Assembly: GCA_035335645.1 (NCBI GenBank)
Contig: DAOQMM010000007.1
Location: 283-64,282 of the forward strand
Source of the DNA: Rhodocyclaceae bacterium
GTDB taxonomy: Bacteria; Pseudomonadota; Gammaproteobacteria; Burkholderiales; Rhodocyclaceae
DNA: 64,000 nucleotides
Direction of reading: 5' to 3'
The notes beneath the pieces were generated by a model. It was given only the letters and a program-made list of their open reading frames with translations, made no database searches and was not told the DNA's origin. A program made the translations under genes and the position numbers. Below are positions 19,618 through 30,566 of this stretch, one piece after another (within the stretch, counting starts at the first letter, position 1; each line of letters begins with the position of its first letter).

Positions 19618-20601
19618 TCAGACGTGCTCGATGCTCAGCACCACCTGGGTCTGGTTGAGCAGCAGGTAGGCGATCTCGCCAAAGGTCATGGGCCCGGCGA
19701 GGGAACCGCAACGGCGTCCTTCGAGGCCGTGGTACAGGTAGTTGAGGATGCAGTTGCAGGACCACAGGGGCGGTACCTCGGCCTCGGCACCGGTCGGGTC
19801 GCCGAAGCTCACCGGGGCGGCCAGGCGATAGTCCACGTCGTCGAAGACCGGCGCGTAGAAATCCACGCGCCCCGCGGTCTCGTCCACGCCCTTGATGGAC
19901 ACGTTCACCGAGGCCCCGCCGTAGTCGGCCACCAGGGGCAGGCGGGTGTCGGCGGCGCGGGCCTTGAGATAGGCCGCGAATTGGGTCTCGACGCCATTGA
20001 CCTGGCAGCGCTCCGCCGAAAAGCCGGTTTCGGGAAAGCGCAGGGTGTCGCCGTCACCTTGCTGCAGGGCATTGAAGATGTCGATGCGCGCGTACGCGCT
20101 GTCGGGCAGCGGCACGTGCAGGACCACCGCCCGCTCCGTATCGAACGCCAGACGTGGCCCCGCCACCACGGTGGGACTGAGGCGACCGGCGTCGTCCAGG
20201 TGGGTGCCGGCGACCCAGCCGGCCACCGGCTTGATGAACATGTCGGGGAAGGTGGGCGCCTTGCGCGCATAGAGGGAATGCACGGCCGAGAAGGCCGGGA
20301 TGATGATCAGGCTGAAGCCGTTCGCCGGGGCGTCCTCGCAGAGATGCTCCAGGCTGGTGAGATCGTAGCTGCGGATCTCGGGGACGCCCGCCATCACCGG
20401 GATCTCGGTGACGAAGAGCAGCGCCCGGCTGGCCAGCCCGCCCTCGTCGGCCATGAAATAGGGGATGGTCCCGCCGATCCAGTGGCCGGCCGGCAGGCGG
20501 CGCAGCAGGGTCTCGTCGCCGGCAATCATCAGCCATGCGCCGCGGCGGATGAGCGTGGCCGCGTCGTCCACACTCATCAGGCGATTGGTCGGTGCGTTCA
20601 T
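19618..20601 (-). CDS. Conserved hypothetical protein (resembles DUF6976 family)
   Basis: LPAGHWIGGTIPYF, FSCNC-like WSCNCILNYLY and GPMTFGEIAYLLLNQT motifs recalled from this family; normal codon bias. Confidence 0.65.
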   Translation of the reverse strand: MNAPTNRLMSVDDAATLIRRGAWLMIAGDETLLRRLPAGHWIGGTIPYFMADEGGLASRALLFVTEIPVMAGVPEIRSYDLTSLEHLCEDAPANGFSLIIIPAFSAVHSLYARKAPTFPDMFIKPVAGWVAGTHLDDAGRLSPTVVAGPRLAFDTERAVVLHVPLPDSAYARIDIFNALQQGDGDTLRFPETGFSAERCQVNGVETQFAAYLKARAADTRLPLVADYGGASVNVSIKGVDETAGRVDFYAPVFDDVDYRLAAPVSFGDPTGAEAEVPPLWSCNCILNYLYHGLEGRRCGSLAGPMTFGEIAYLLLNQTQVVLSIEHV

Positions 20602-21356
20602 GCGGCCTCCCGGACCAGTTGTCCCAGCTCATAGGTGAGCATGCGCTCGTTCTTCACGAAGTAGCGATGCACGTCCCGCAGCTTCATGCGGCGCACGTCG
20701 GCGTCGGCGATCACGGCCACCTGGGCACGGGTCCGGGACAGCAGCAGCTGCAGGCTCAGCACCCGCACATCCAGCTGCCGTCGCCCTTCCAGCAGGTCCA
20801 GCCAGACCGGGTCGTCCGCCGACGGCACGCGGCTGCCGGCGACACCCCCGGCCACCGGCGCCTCCGTCCGCGGCACGTTCCGCAAGGGCTCGACGCCGGC
20901 CATCGCCGGAGCGGGCGCCTCCTGGCCGCCCGACCCGAGCTGACCGTTCTCCAGCGCATAACGGTAGCGCCACAGCTCCGCCATGGGCAGATCGAGAAAG
21001 GCGCACACCGCCGCCATGCTCACGCCTTCATGGAGCAGCGCGAGCACCTGCCGGTCCAGCGCCCGGGTGAAGGGCATCCCGGCCTCGCCGGCCCAGGCCT
21101 GGCGGGGCATTTCGCCGCCCAGGGGCGGGCGCACGTGCACACGGATCTTCCAGCCACCGAAGCCGGTATGCCGCCAGACCACCTCCGGACCGGATTCGAC
21201 GGGCTTGCCCCGACCGAAGCCGAACCAGCTGCGCGGCGCCTCGACGCCGATCCACACATCCATGCAGCGATTGAATTCATCCGCCCGGGCCTCCCGGACG
21301 GTCCACGGTTCCTGGACCTGCAGCAACTGCCGCCACAGTGCGGACGCATCGGCCAT
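20598..21356 (-). CDS. Hypothetical protein with N-terminal region resembling the ISL3 transposase N-terminus/HTH, no DDE domain
   Basis: QEPWTV, WRH, WAGEAGMPFT and LLHEGVSMAAVCAFL align by eye with ISL3 PW.V/WRH/WA..GS.FT/HTH blocks; stop overlaps next start (ATGA). Confidence 0.6.
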   Translation of the reverse strand: MADASALWRQLLQVQEPWTVREARADEFNRCMDVWIGVEAPRSWFGFGRGKPVESGPEVVWRHTGFGGWKIRVHVRPPLGGEMPRQAWAGEAGMPFTRALDRQVLALLHEGVSMAAVCAFLDLPMAELWRYRYALENGQLGSGGQEAPAPAMAGVEPLRNVPRTEAPVAGGVAGSRVPSADDPVWLDLLEGRRQLDVRVLSLQLLLSRTRAQVAVIADADVRRMKLRDVHRYFVKNERMLTYELGQLVREAA

Positions 21357-21673
21357 AGCCACCTCGCTCGAAGGAAGACGCCCGGAGGCGCCAGAACGGA
21401 GAACCGGCCGCAAGGGACGTGCCAGAATCCGTCCGTTTGCCGGCAGAGCGCCCCCGCAGGCCGTCACCGCCCGCGCTCCGCGCGACACCTCGCCCATGCC
21501 AGGCAGATTGCACCGTCGGGCTGCGCGATGCCGCGTCGCACCATGTCCCGCCGGTGAACACCCTGCGTCCCCAACCTGCTGCAAATCCGATCAACATGCC
21601 CGCGGCGGCCCCGCCCTGCGCGACGGGACGGCCGAAGCGTGGCAGGATGCCGCGAGTCCCGAAGCCCTCCGCC

Positions 21674-22360
21674 ATGACCCGCACCGAACGTCTCTTCACC
21701 CTGATGCAGATCCTGCGCCGCCACCGTCAGCCCGTGAGCGGTACCGACCTCGCCCGCGAGACGGGGGTCAGCCTGCGCACCCTGTACCGGGACATCGCCA
21801 CACTGCAGGCCCAGGGCGCCCACATCGATGGCGAGGCCGGCGTGGGCTACGTCCTGCGTCCGGGTTTCCTGCTGCCCCCCCTGATGTTCAGCGCGGAGGA
21901 GATCGACGCCATTGTGCTCGGCGCACGCTGGGTGACCGAACGTGCGGACCCGGCCCTTGCCGCCGCGGCGCGGGACGCCCTGAGCAAGGTTGCGGCCGTC
22001 CTGCCGGCCCCGCTGCGCCACCAGCTCGACGACGTGCCCCTGCTGATCGGCCCGGTCACCGACAGTGGTCGTGATGCGCACACGGTGGCGCAGCTGCGCA
22101 CGGCCCTGCGCAACGAGCGCAAGCTGTCGATCGACTACCGCGACGAGCACGGCGCCGCGAGCCAGCGCGTCATCTGGCCCTGCGCCCTGGGCTTCTTCGA
22201 ACGTGTCCACGTCCTGGTCGCCTGGTGTGAGCGGCGCGCCGATTTCCGCCATTTCCGCGTTGACCGCATCGAACGGCTGGACCTGCTCGACGCCGGTCTG
22301 CCGCGTCGCCGTCAGGCGCTGCTGCGGGAATGGCGCGCGCGGGAAGGCATCACCGGCTGA
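21674..22360 (+). CDS. YafY-like HTH-WYL domain transcriptional regulator
   Basis: RTERLFTLMQILR...VSLRTLYRDIATL...GEAGVGY; LVAWCERRADFRHFRVDRI. Confidence 0.92.
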   Translation: MTRTERLFTLMQILRRHRQPVSGTDLARETGVSLRTLYRDIATLQAQGAHIDGEAGVGYVLRPGFLLPPLMFSAEEIDAIVLGARWVTERADPALAAAARDALSKVAAVLPAPLRHQLDDVPLLIGPVTDSGRDAHTVAQLRTALRNERKLSIDYRDEHGAASQRVIWPCALGFFERVHVLVAWCERRADFRHFRVDRIERLDLLDAGLPRRRQALLREWRAREGITG

Positions 22361-22477
22361 CGCCGCGCCGCGCCGTGCGCGCTGCTGCCGGTTTCTGACA
22401 GCCCGCCGCCGCAGAATGGGTCCACCCGCCGGCCTGCCGCCGGACGGCCCTTCGACCCCGAACCGAGGAACCCTGCC

Positions 22478-22849
22478 ATGCCGCACCCGAACTACATCCT
22501 GCTCTACGTGACCGACCCGAGCGCCAGCGCCGCCTTCTACACGGCGCTGCTGGCGTGCCCGCCGGTGGAGGCCTCGCCCACCTTCGCCCTGTTCGCCCTC
22601 GATTCCGGCCTGATGCTGGGCCTGTGGGCGCGCGGCAGCGTCGAGCCCGCGGCCTCCCTGGGCGGCGGAGGCGGCGAGCTCGCCCTCACCGTCGCCAGCG
22701 AGGCCGCGGTGGACGCCTGCTTTGCCGACTGGCGGGCGCGCGGGCTCACGATCCTCCAGCCCCCGACGCACATGGATTTCGGCTACACCTGCGTCGTGGC
22801 CGATCCGGACCACCATCGTCTGCGGGTGTTCGCACCAGCCCGTCCGTAA
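22478..22849 (+). CDS. VOC/glyoxalase family protein
   Basis: ILLYVTDPSASAAFY...PTHMDFGYTCVVADPDHHRLRVF. Confidence 0.9.
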   Translation: MPHPNYILLYVTDPSASAAFYTALLACPPVEASPTFALFALDSGLMLGLWARGSVEPAASLGGGGGELALTVASEAAVDACFADWRARGLTILQPPTHMDFGYTCVVADPDHHRLRVFAPARP

Positions 22850-22958
22850 CGGGAACCTGCGGACCGGAGAACCGGTCATCCCTGGCAAAGCCCGGGCGTG
22901 CCGCCTCCATGACGTGGCCGGCCCGCAGCGGGCTGCCATCAATCCCCGGAGCCGCCCC

Positions 22959-24029
22959 ATGATCCCCGTCGCACGCCCCCGTCATCCCGCGTCTCGCCTT
23001 TTTCTAAGCGCCCGGCTCCTGGCCGCCCTGGCCGCCCTGTCCGTCGTGGCCCCGCCGTCCGCAGCCGGCCCCCTGCGTGAACGGCTGCGGGAGCGCCTGC
23101 AGGCAGACGACGCGTCTGGCGGACCGCTGAGCGATCTGGGCGGTGGCGAAGCCCTGAGCTGCAGCGACTGGTCCCGCCGGGTGGCGCGGGTGCAGGCTCT
23201 GGCCGGCGCCGGCCTGCGCGGACCGGCCGCGGATCTGTCCGACGTGGCCTACGGTGCCGGCCCCCGCGAGCAGCTCGACGTCTTTGTCCCGCATGACCGC
23301 TCACATGCGGGCGGCGCGCCCCTCATCGTCATGGTCCATGGCGGAGGCTGGTGCGTCGGTGACAAGGCCATGACCGGCGTGACGACCCACAAGGTCGACC
23401 GCTGGACACCACACGGCTTCGTCTTCGTATCGCTGAATTACCCCATGGTGGGCGACGGTGCCGATGCCCGCGCCCAGGCCGCAGCCGTCGCCCGTGCAGT
23501 GGCCTTCGTGCAGCGTCATGCGGCCGACTGGGGCGCCGATCCCGCGCGGGTGATTCTGATGGGCCACTCGGCCGGGGCCCATCTGGTGTCGCTGGTCAAC
23601 GCGGATGCCGAGCTGCGGCGTCAGGCGGGCGTCGGGCCCCTCCTCGGCACCGTCTCGCTGGATGCGGGGGCCATCGACGTGGTGCGGCAGATGCCGGTCG
23701 TTTATCCCTTCCTGAAGACCCGCTACCGGGAGGCCTTCGGCACGTCCGAAGCCGGGTGGCTGGCCGCCTCGCCCTATCACCGCCTCGGGCGCGACGCCGC
23801 CCCATGGCTGGGGGTCTGCTCCACGCAGCGTCAGGACGACCCCTGCGGACAGGCCCGCGCCTATGCCGACAAGAGCGTCCGTCTGGGCCTCCGTGCCGAA
23901 GTGCTCCCCGAAGCCATGAACCATGGCGCCCTCAATGCGGACCTGGGCCTGCCCGGGCCGTACACCCAGGCGGTGGAACGTTTCCTGGCCGGCCTCGACC
24001 CGGCGGTGGCGGCCCGCCTCGGGCGCTGA
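22959..24029 (+). CDS. Exported alpha/beta hydrolase (carboxylesterase-like)
   Basis: HGGGW oxyanion motif, GHSAG nucleophile motif, signal-peptide-like N-terminus. Confidence 0.85.
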   Translation: MIPVARPRHPASRLFLSARLLAALAALSVVAPPSAAGPLRERLRERLQADDASGGPLSDLGGGEALSCSDWSRRVARVQALAGAGLRGPAADLSDVAYGAGPREQLDVFVPHDRSHAGGAPLIVMVHGGGWCVGDKAMTGVTTHKVDRWTPHGFVFVSLNYPMVGDGADARAQAAAVARAVAFVQRHAADWGADPARVILMGHSAGAHLVSLVNADAELRRQAGVGPLLGTVSLDAGAIDVVRQMPVVYPFLKTRYREAFGTSEAGWLAASPYHRLGRDAAPWLGVCSTQRQDDPCGQARAYADKSVRLGLRAEVLPEAMNHGALNADLGLPGPYTQAVERFLAGLDPAVAARLGR

Positions 24030-24205
24030 GTCCTCACTCGCAGGCAGCCCGGCGCGGGCAGACACCTGCGGGTCGGGCCGCGGATCAGCGGTTGGCCGCG
24101 TGCCTGCGGTTAGCCTCCCTCCGCCGGCGCGCCGGCAGCGGTAGCCGTCGAAAGACGCATCGCCCCGCCGGGCAAGGTCGGCCGCCCGGAACGGCCGTGT
24201 ACATG

Positions 24206-24232
24206 AAAAAAGGCCGGGACACGTCCCGGCCT
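24206..24232 (-). terminator. Rho-independent terminator of the OmpA-family gene
   Basis: AGGCCGGGAC/GTCCCGGCCT stem followed by a T6 run on the minus strand. Confidence 0.75.
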
Positions 24233-24261
24233 CCTTGTTCGCGTGAGCGACGCGGCAGCAC

Positions 24262-24738
24262 TTACTGCACGCGGACCTCCACGCGACGGGCTTCGGCCTC
24301 GTCGGCACCGCCGAGGGTGATGGCGGGCTTGCGCAGCTTCAGCTTGTCGGCGGCCACGCCGGCGGTCGCCAGGGCGTCCTTGACGGCCAGGGCACGGGCC
24401 TTGGAGACTTCGGCGTTCACCGCGGCACCGCCGGTTTCGTCGTGGTAGCCGGAGATCAGCACCAGCTTGGCGGGCTCTTCGTGCAGCTTGGCGACGACCT
24501 TGGCCAGCTCTTCGGCGGCGTTGGCCGGCAGCTCGGCCTTGCCGGAGTCGAAGTAGAGCTTGACCAGCGGCTCGCCCACTTCGGCGATTTCGGGCTCTTC
24601 GGCCACCACGGCGGGCTTGGCAGTCTGGGCCTGACCGGTCACATAGGTGGTCAGACCGATCACCAGACCGATGACCAGGGCGATCACACCGAAAAGAATG
24701 CCCAGAACGAGATTCTGGTTGTCGTCGTCTTGCGTCAT
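24262..24738 (-). CDS. OmpA family protein with N-terminal TM anchor
   Basis: LYFDSGKAEL...ISGYHDETG...SKARALAVKDAL...ARRVEV. Confidence 0.85.
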   Translation of the reverse strand: MTQDDDNQNLVLGILFGVIALVIGLVIGLTTYVTGQAQTAKPAVVAEEPEIAEVGEPLVKLYFDSGKAELPANAAEELAKVVAKLHEEPAKLVLISGYHDETGGAAVNAEVSKARALAVKDALATAGVAADKLKLRKPAITLGGADEAEARRVEVRVQ

Positions 24739-24936
24739 TGCACGATCCTTCGGGAAGTCAGTGGGAATGAATTCAGCCCGCGAGTATAGCGGTTTACCCT
24801 GACGATCTCGCGATTTCCCCCTGCAATTCACAAAAAAGGCGACGTCACCCGCTGCGGCCCGCCGGCCACCGGATGCATGGACGCCCGCACGCGGCGGGCG
24901 TCCGCCACCCCCCGGCCATCGCCGGGCGGTGGGACA

Positions 24937-27516
<2,580 letters not shown>

Positions 27517-27544
27517 GGAATGCCTCCTGAACGGGTCTGAGGCC

Positions 27545-27573
27545 TAGATGGGGGAGGCGCCGGCAGTTTCAAT
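27545..27573 (-). promoter_or_regulatory. Sigma32 (RpoH) heat-shock promoter of clpB
   Basis: Minus strand reads ATTGAAAC-TGCCGGCGCCT-CCCCCATCTA, matching the TTGAAA...CCCCAT consensus. Confidence 0.8.
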
Positions 27574-27799
27574 GGGGGGCGCCCACGGGCAAGACCGTTC
27601 ACGCGCCGCCGTGGCAAACCGCGCCGCCGGAACGCCTGCCGTCCGACCACTGCTCCAGATTCCCGTGGCAGGGGGTGTTACATCGTCCGGCCCCCGCCTG
27701 CGCCCCCACCCGATGCCTCAATTCGGGGCATTGCCGGGCCGCGCTGCGGGTACCGCGCCCGCCGCCCCGGAGAGCCTTGCAAACCGTTCTTTAAAAAGG

Positions 27800-27817
27800 T
27801 GTTGCTGCGGTGCAACA
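27800..27817. promoter_or_regulatory. Palindrome upstream of phasin, candidate PhaR operator
   Basis: TGTTGC-TGCGGT-GCAACA inverted repeat containing TGC-N3-GCA. Confidence 0.5.
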
Positions 27818-27957
27818 TAAATCGAAAAAATCGACGTTTTTTTGATCTGCGCCCATTGTCGGTGCATGAGCCTGTGCTATCGTTTTTGTGCAAGCCCGGG
27901 GGAGGGAAATCGATCTGGGTTTCGGACTCACATCAACCAAACGAAGTGGAGATCAAC

Positions 27958-28461
27958 ATGGCTACCAAGCAAGAACAGCAGTTCAACGAAATCCAGAAGA
28001 AGAACCTCGAATCCGCCATGCGTCTGGCGCAGCTGTCCATCGAAAACTCCCAGCGCATCATGGAACTGCAGGTCGGCACCGCCAAGACCCTGTTTGAAGA
28101 AGGCGTTGCCAATGCCAAGGCCCTGTCCACCGCCAAGGATCCGGCCGAAGTCATGACCCTGCGCACCGCCTACGCCCAGAGCACCACCGAAAAGATGCTG
28201 TCCTGTGCCCGCGAGATCGCCGAGATCACCGCCAAGACCCAGGCTGAAGTCGGCAAGATGGTCACCGAGCAGCTCACCGGTGGCGGCCAGGACATCTTCG
28301 AATCCCTGCAAAAGATGTTCAAGGGCATGCCCATCGGCGACACCAACGCCCTCGGCTCCATCCAGAGCGCCATGGACACCGCCCGTGCTGCTTACGAGCA
28401 GATGACCAAGGCCTCCACCGAAGCCTTCCAGGCCTTCACCAAGATGTCCCCCAAGAAGTAA
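27958..28461 (+). CDS. phaP: Phasin (PHA granule-associated protein)
   Basis: Amphipathic helical protein, KNLESAMRLAQLSIENSQRIMELQV...; GGAG RBS. Confidence 0.8.
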   Translation: MATKQEQQFNEIQKKNLESAMRLAQLSIENSQRIMELQVGTAKTLFEEGVANAKALSTAKDPAEVMTLRTAYAQSTTEKMLSCAREIAEITAKTQAEVGKMVTEQLTGGGQDIFESLQKMFKGMPIGDTNALGSIQSAMDTARAAYEQMTKASTEAFQAFTKMSPKK

Positions 28462-28615
28462 TCCACGCTTCCTTGCGGCATCAAGCGACGGCGCCTGCGG
28501 GCGCCGTTTGCTTTGGTCGGACGGGCGCGACGCGGCGGGCAGGCGGAGCCGCCTGAAACGCGTCTGTCACGTGGGGCGGGCATGCTGCACGGCACGATCT
28601 CCCCGGCCCGCGGCC

Positions 28616-30562
28616 ATGACGGAAAAAGCCCGCATCATCGACGCCCTCGGCGAACCGACCCTGCTCCTTCCCGCCCTGCTGGGTGAAGCGCTCGGCGCCA
28701 GCGACCGCATCAAGTACTACCTCAGCCTGCTCCAGGCGGCCCGCACCAGCGCCCTCCACCCGCAGCAGCCCGCGGCGCCGCTGATGGCCGAACGCTGCGC
28801 CGCAGGCATCGACGACGAGCGTCTCGACACCCTGCCGGCCCGCGCGGAACGCGACCACGACGGACAGATCCACATCCCCGACGCCGGCATCCTGTGCGAC
28901 CACATCGTCCGCGATCTGGACGCCCTGCTCGCGCCGATCCGCAGTGCCGGGGCGGAGGCCGCCGTGGCCCTGTCGGCCCGCGCCGCGGCCTTGCGCAGCC
29001 AGCCCTGGTGCGAATCCTGCGACACCTTCGACGCCGGGCAGTTCTCGCGCCTCACCTCTGCCGACCGGGACGCCGGCGACAGCGTGCACCTGCTGGTCCT
29101 GGACGCCCACAAGGAGCTCAACCGGCTCCAGACCCGCATCGCCAGCGAAGACATCGACGGCGCCGCCGCCTACGACATTCGCCCCGCCGACCGCGCCCTG
29201 ATCGCCGCCTTCATGCGCGGCGTCAATGCCAGCCGCCCCCTCAAGCTCGACCACCCCGGCCTGGGCACCACCGCCACCCGCAGCGGCGGCCGCCTGGTCC
29301 TGCAGAACGACATCGGCACCACCGACGCCCACGTGCTCGTGGTGCACGTGGAGAACCGCCGCGTCACCCTCACCTACACCGACGTCCATCTCCAGCGCCT
29401 GCTGTTCTTCCAGAGCCTCTTCGCCCACTGGGCGGTGAGCTGGGAGGACACCCGTTCCCGTCGCGACCGGGGCATGGAGGACGGTCTCTACCACGTCTCG
29501 GTGGGCACCTTCAGCGCCAACAACGACGCCGGCCTGGGTGACTACCTGAGCTTCCTGGGTTCGCGTCTGGTCTTCCTGATCGACTGGAACCGTGCCCGCA
29601 AACGCCTGCGTCTGCTCCTGCCCAAGAAGGAAACCCTCGATCTGCTGCACTGGGCGGCCGACGAGAACGTCGGCCACATGGCCTGGCTGCGCAGCGGCGG
29701 GGAACAGCTGGTCTTCGACGCCGTGGCCTTCGCCGCACGCACCCCACCCACCTTCGGCGCGCGCCTGGACGACATGCTCGACCCCGGCAAGGCGGTCGGC
29801 TTCATGCAGAGCGTGCTGCGCGCCTGCACGCGCGGATTCCTCGAACGGCGCCCGGACGAGGTCGTACGCGACGAGATCCGCGCCGAGCTCGCCACCTGCT
29901 TCCGCAGCGCCCGCCAGCAGATCATCGACATCGTGGCCGAGCACGCCGCCTTCTCCATCGAGATCGCCACCGGCATCCGCGACTGCCTGCCCGACCTCAC
30001 CGGCCCCGACGCCGCCGCCCGCATCGCCGCCAACGCGGCCCGCGCCCGCCAGTGGGAACAGCGCGCCGACGAACGCCTCAACCAGGCCCGGGAACTGCGC
30101 CAGCAGCAGGGCGAGTGGGACGATTTCTACCATGACCTGGTCGCCCGCGCCGACGACATCACGGACGAACTGGAGGAAGCCGCCTTCCACCTCACCCTGT
30201 TCCCGCCGGAGGCACCGTCCGCCGAACTCCTCGAGTGCTTCGCCACCCTGGCCGGGCTGGCGGTGAGCGGCGCCCAGGAGTTCCTCAAGGCCGTCGAGAC
30301 GGCCCGCGGCCTGCGCCGCGGCGGTCCGCGCGAGGACATCCAGGACTTCCTCGCGGCGATCCACCAGATTCTGGTGGCCGAACGGCAGAGCGACGACACC
30401 CACCGGCGCTTCAAGCAATGCCTCGTCGCCACCCCCGGCGAATTCCGCAGCCACTATCCGTGGGCAGAGTTCGCCCGCAACCTGGAAACCGCCTGCGACG
30501 CCCTGCTCCATGCCGCCCTGCAACTGCGCGACCACATCATGCTCACGGTCACCCGCGACTGA
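28616..30562 (+). CDS. Large protein with C-terminal DUF47/PhoU-like helical domain (putative phosphate transport regulator)
   Basis: C-terminal WEQRAD...ADDITDELEEAAF...ERQSDD...LETACD pattern resembles DUF47; N-terminal ~400 aa unassigned (HPGLGTTAT...QNDIGTTDAH). Confidence 0.7.
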   Translation: MTEKARIIDALGEPTLLLPALLGEALGASDRIKYYLSLLQAARTSALHPQQPAAPLMAERCAAGIDDERLDTLPARAERDHDGQIHIPDAGILCDHIVRDLDALLAPIRSAGAEAAVALSARAAALRSQPWCESCDTFDAGQFSRLTSADRDAGDSVHLLVLDAHKELNRLQTRIASEDIDGAAAYDIRPADRALIAAFMRGVNASRPLKLDHPGLGTTATRSGGRLVLQNDIGTTDAHVLVVHVENRRVTLTYTDVHLQRLLFFQSLFAHWAVSWEDTRSRRDRGMEDGLYHVSVGTFSANNDAGLGDYLSFLGSRLVFLIDWNRARKRLRLLLPKKETLDLLHWAADENVGHMAWLRSGGEQLVFDAVAFAARTPPTFGARLDDMLDPGKAVGFMQSVLRACTRGFLERRPDEVVRDEIRAELATCFRSARQQIIDIVAEHAAFSIEIATGIRDCLPDLTGPDAAARIAANAARARQWEQRADERLNQARELRQQQGEWDDFYHDLVARADDITDELEEAAFHLTLFPPEAPSAELLECFATLAGLAVSGAQEFLKAVETARGLRRGGPREDIQDFLAAIHQILVAERQSDDTHRRFKQCLVATPGEFRSHYPWAEFARNLETACDALLHAALQLRDHIMLTVTRD

Positions 30563-30566
30563 ACGC

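Noticed and set aside
20598-21584. Active ISL3 insertion sequence
   Set aside because: No DDE domain, zinc-ribbon cysteines, terminal inverted repeats or target duplication seen; reported as a possibly domesticated fragment instead
21674-22849. WYL regulator as a marker of an anti-phage defence island
   Set aside because: It is the common YafY plus glyoxalase pair; no nuclease, CRISPR, RM or other defence genes are adjacent
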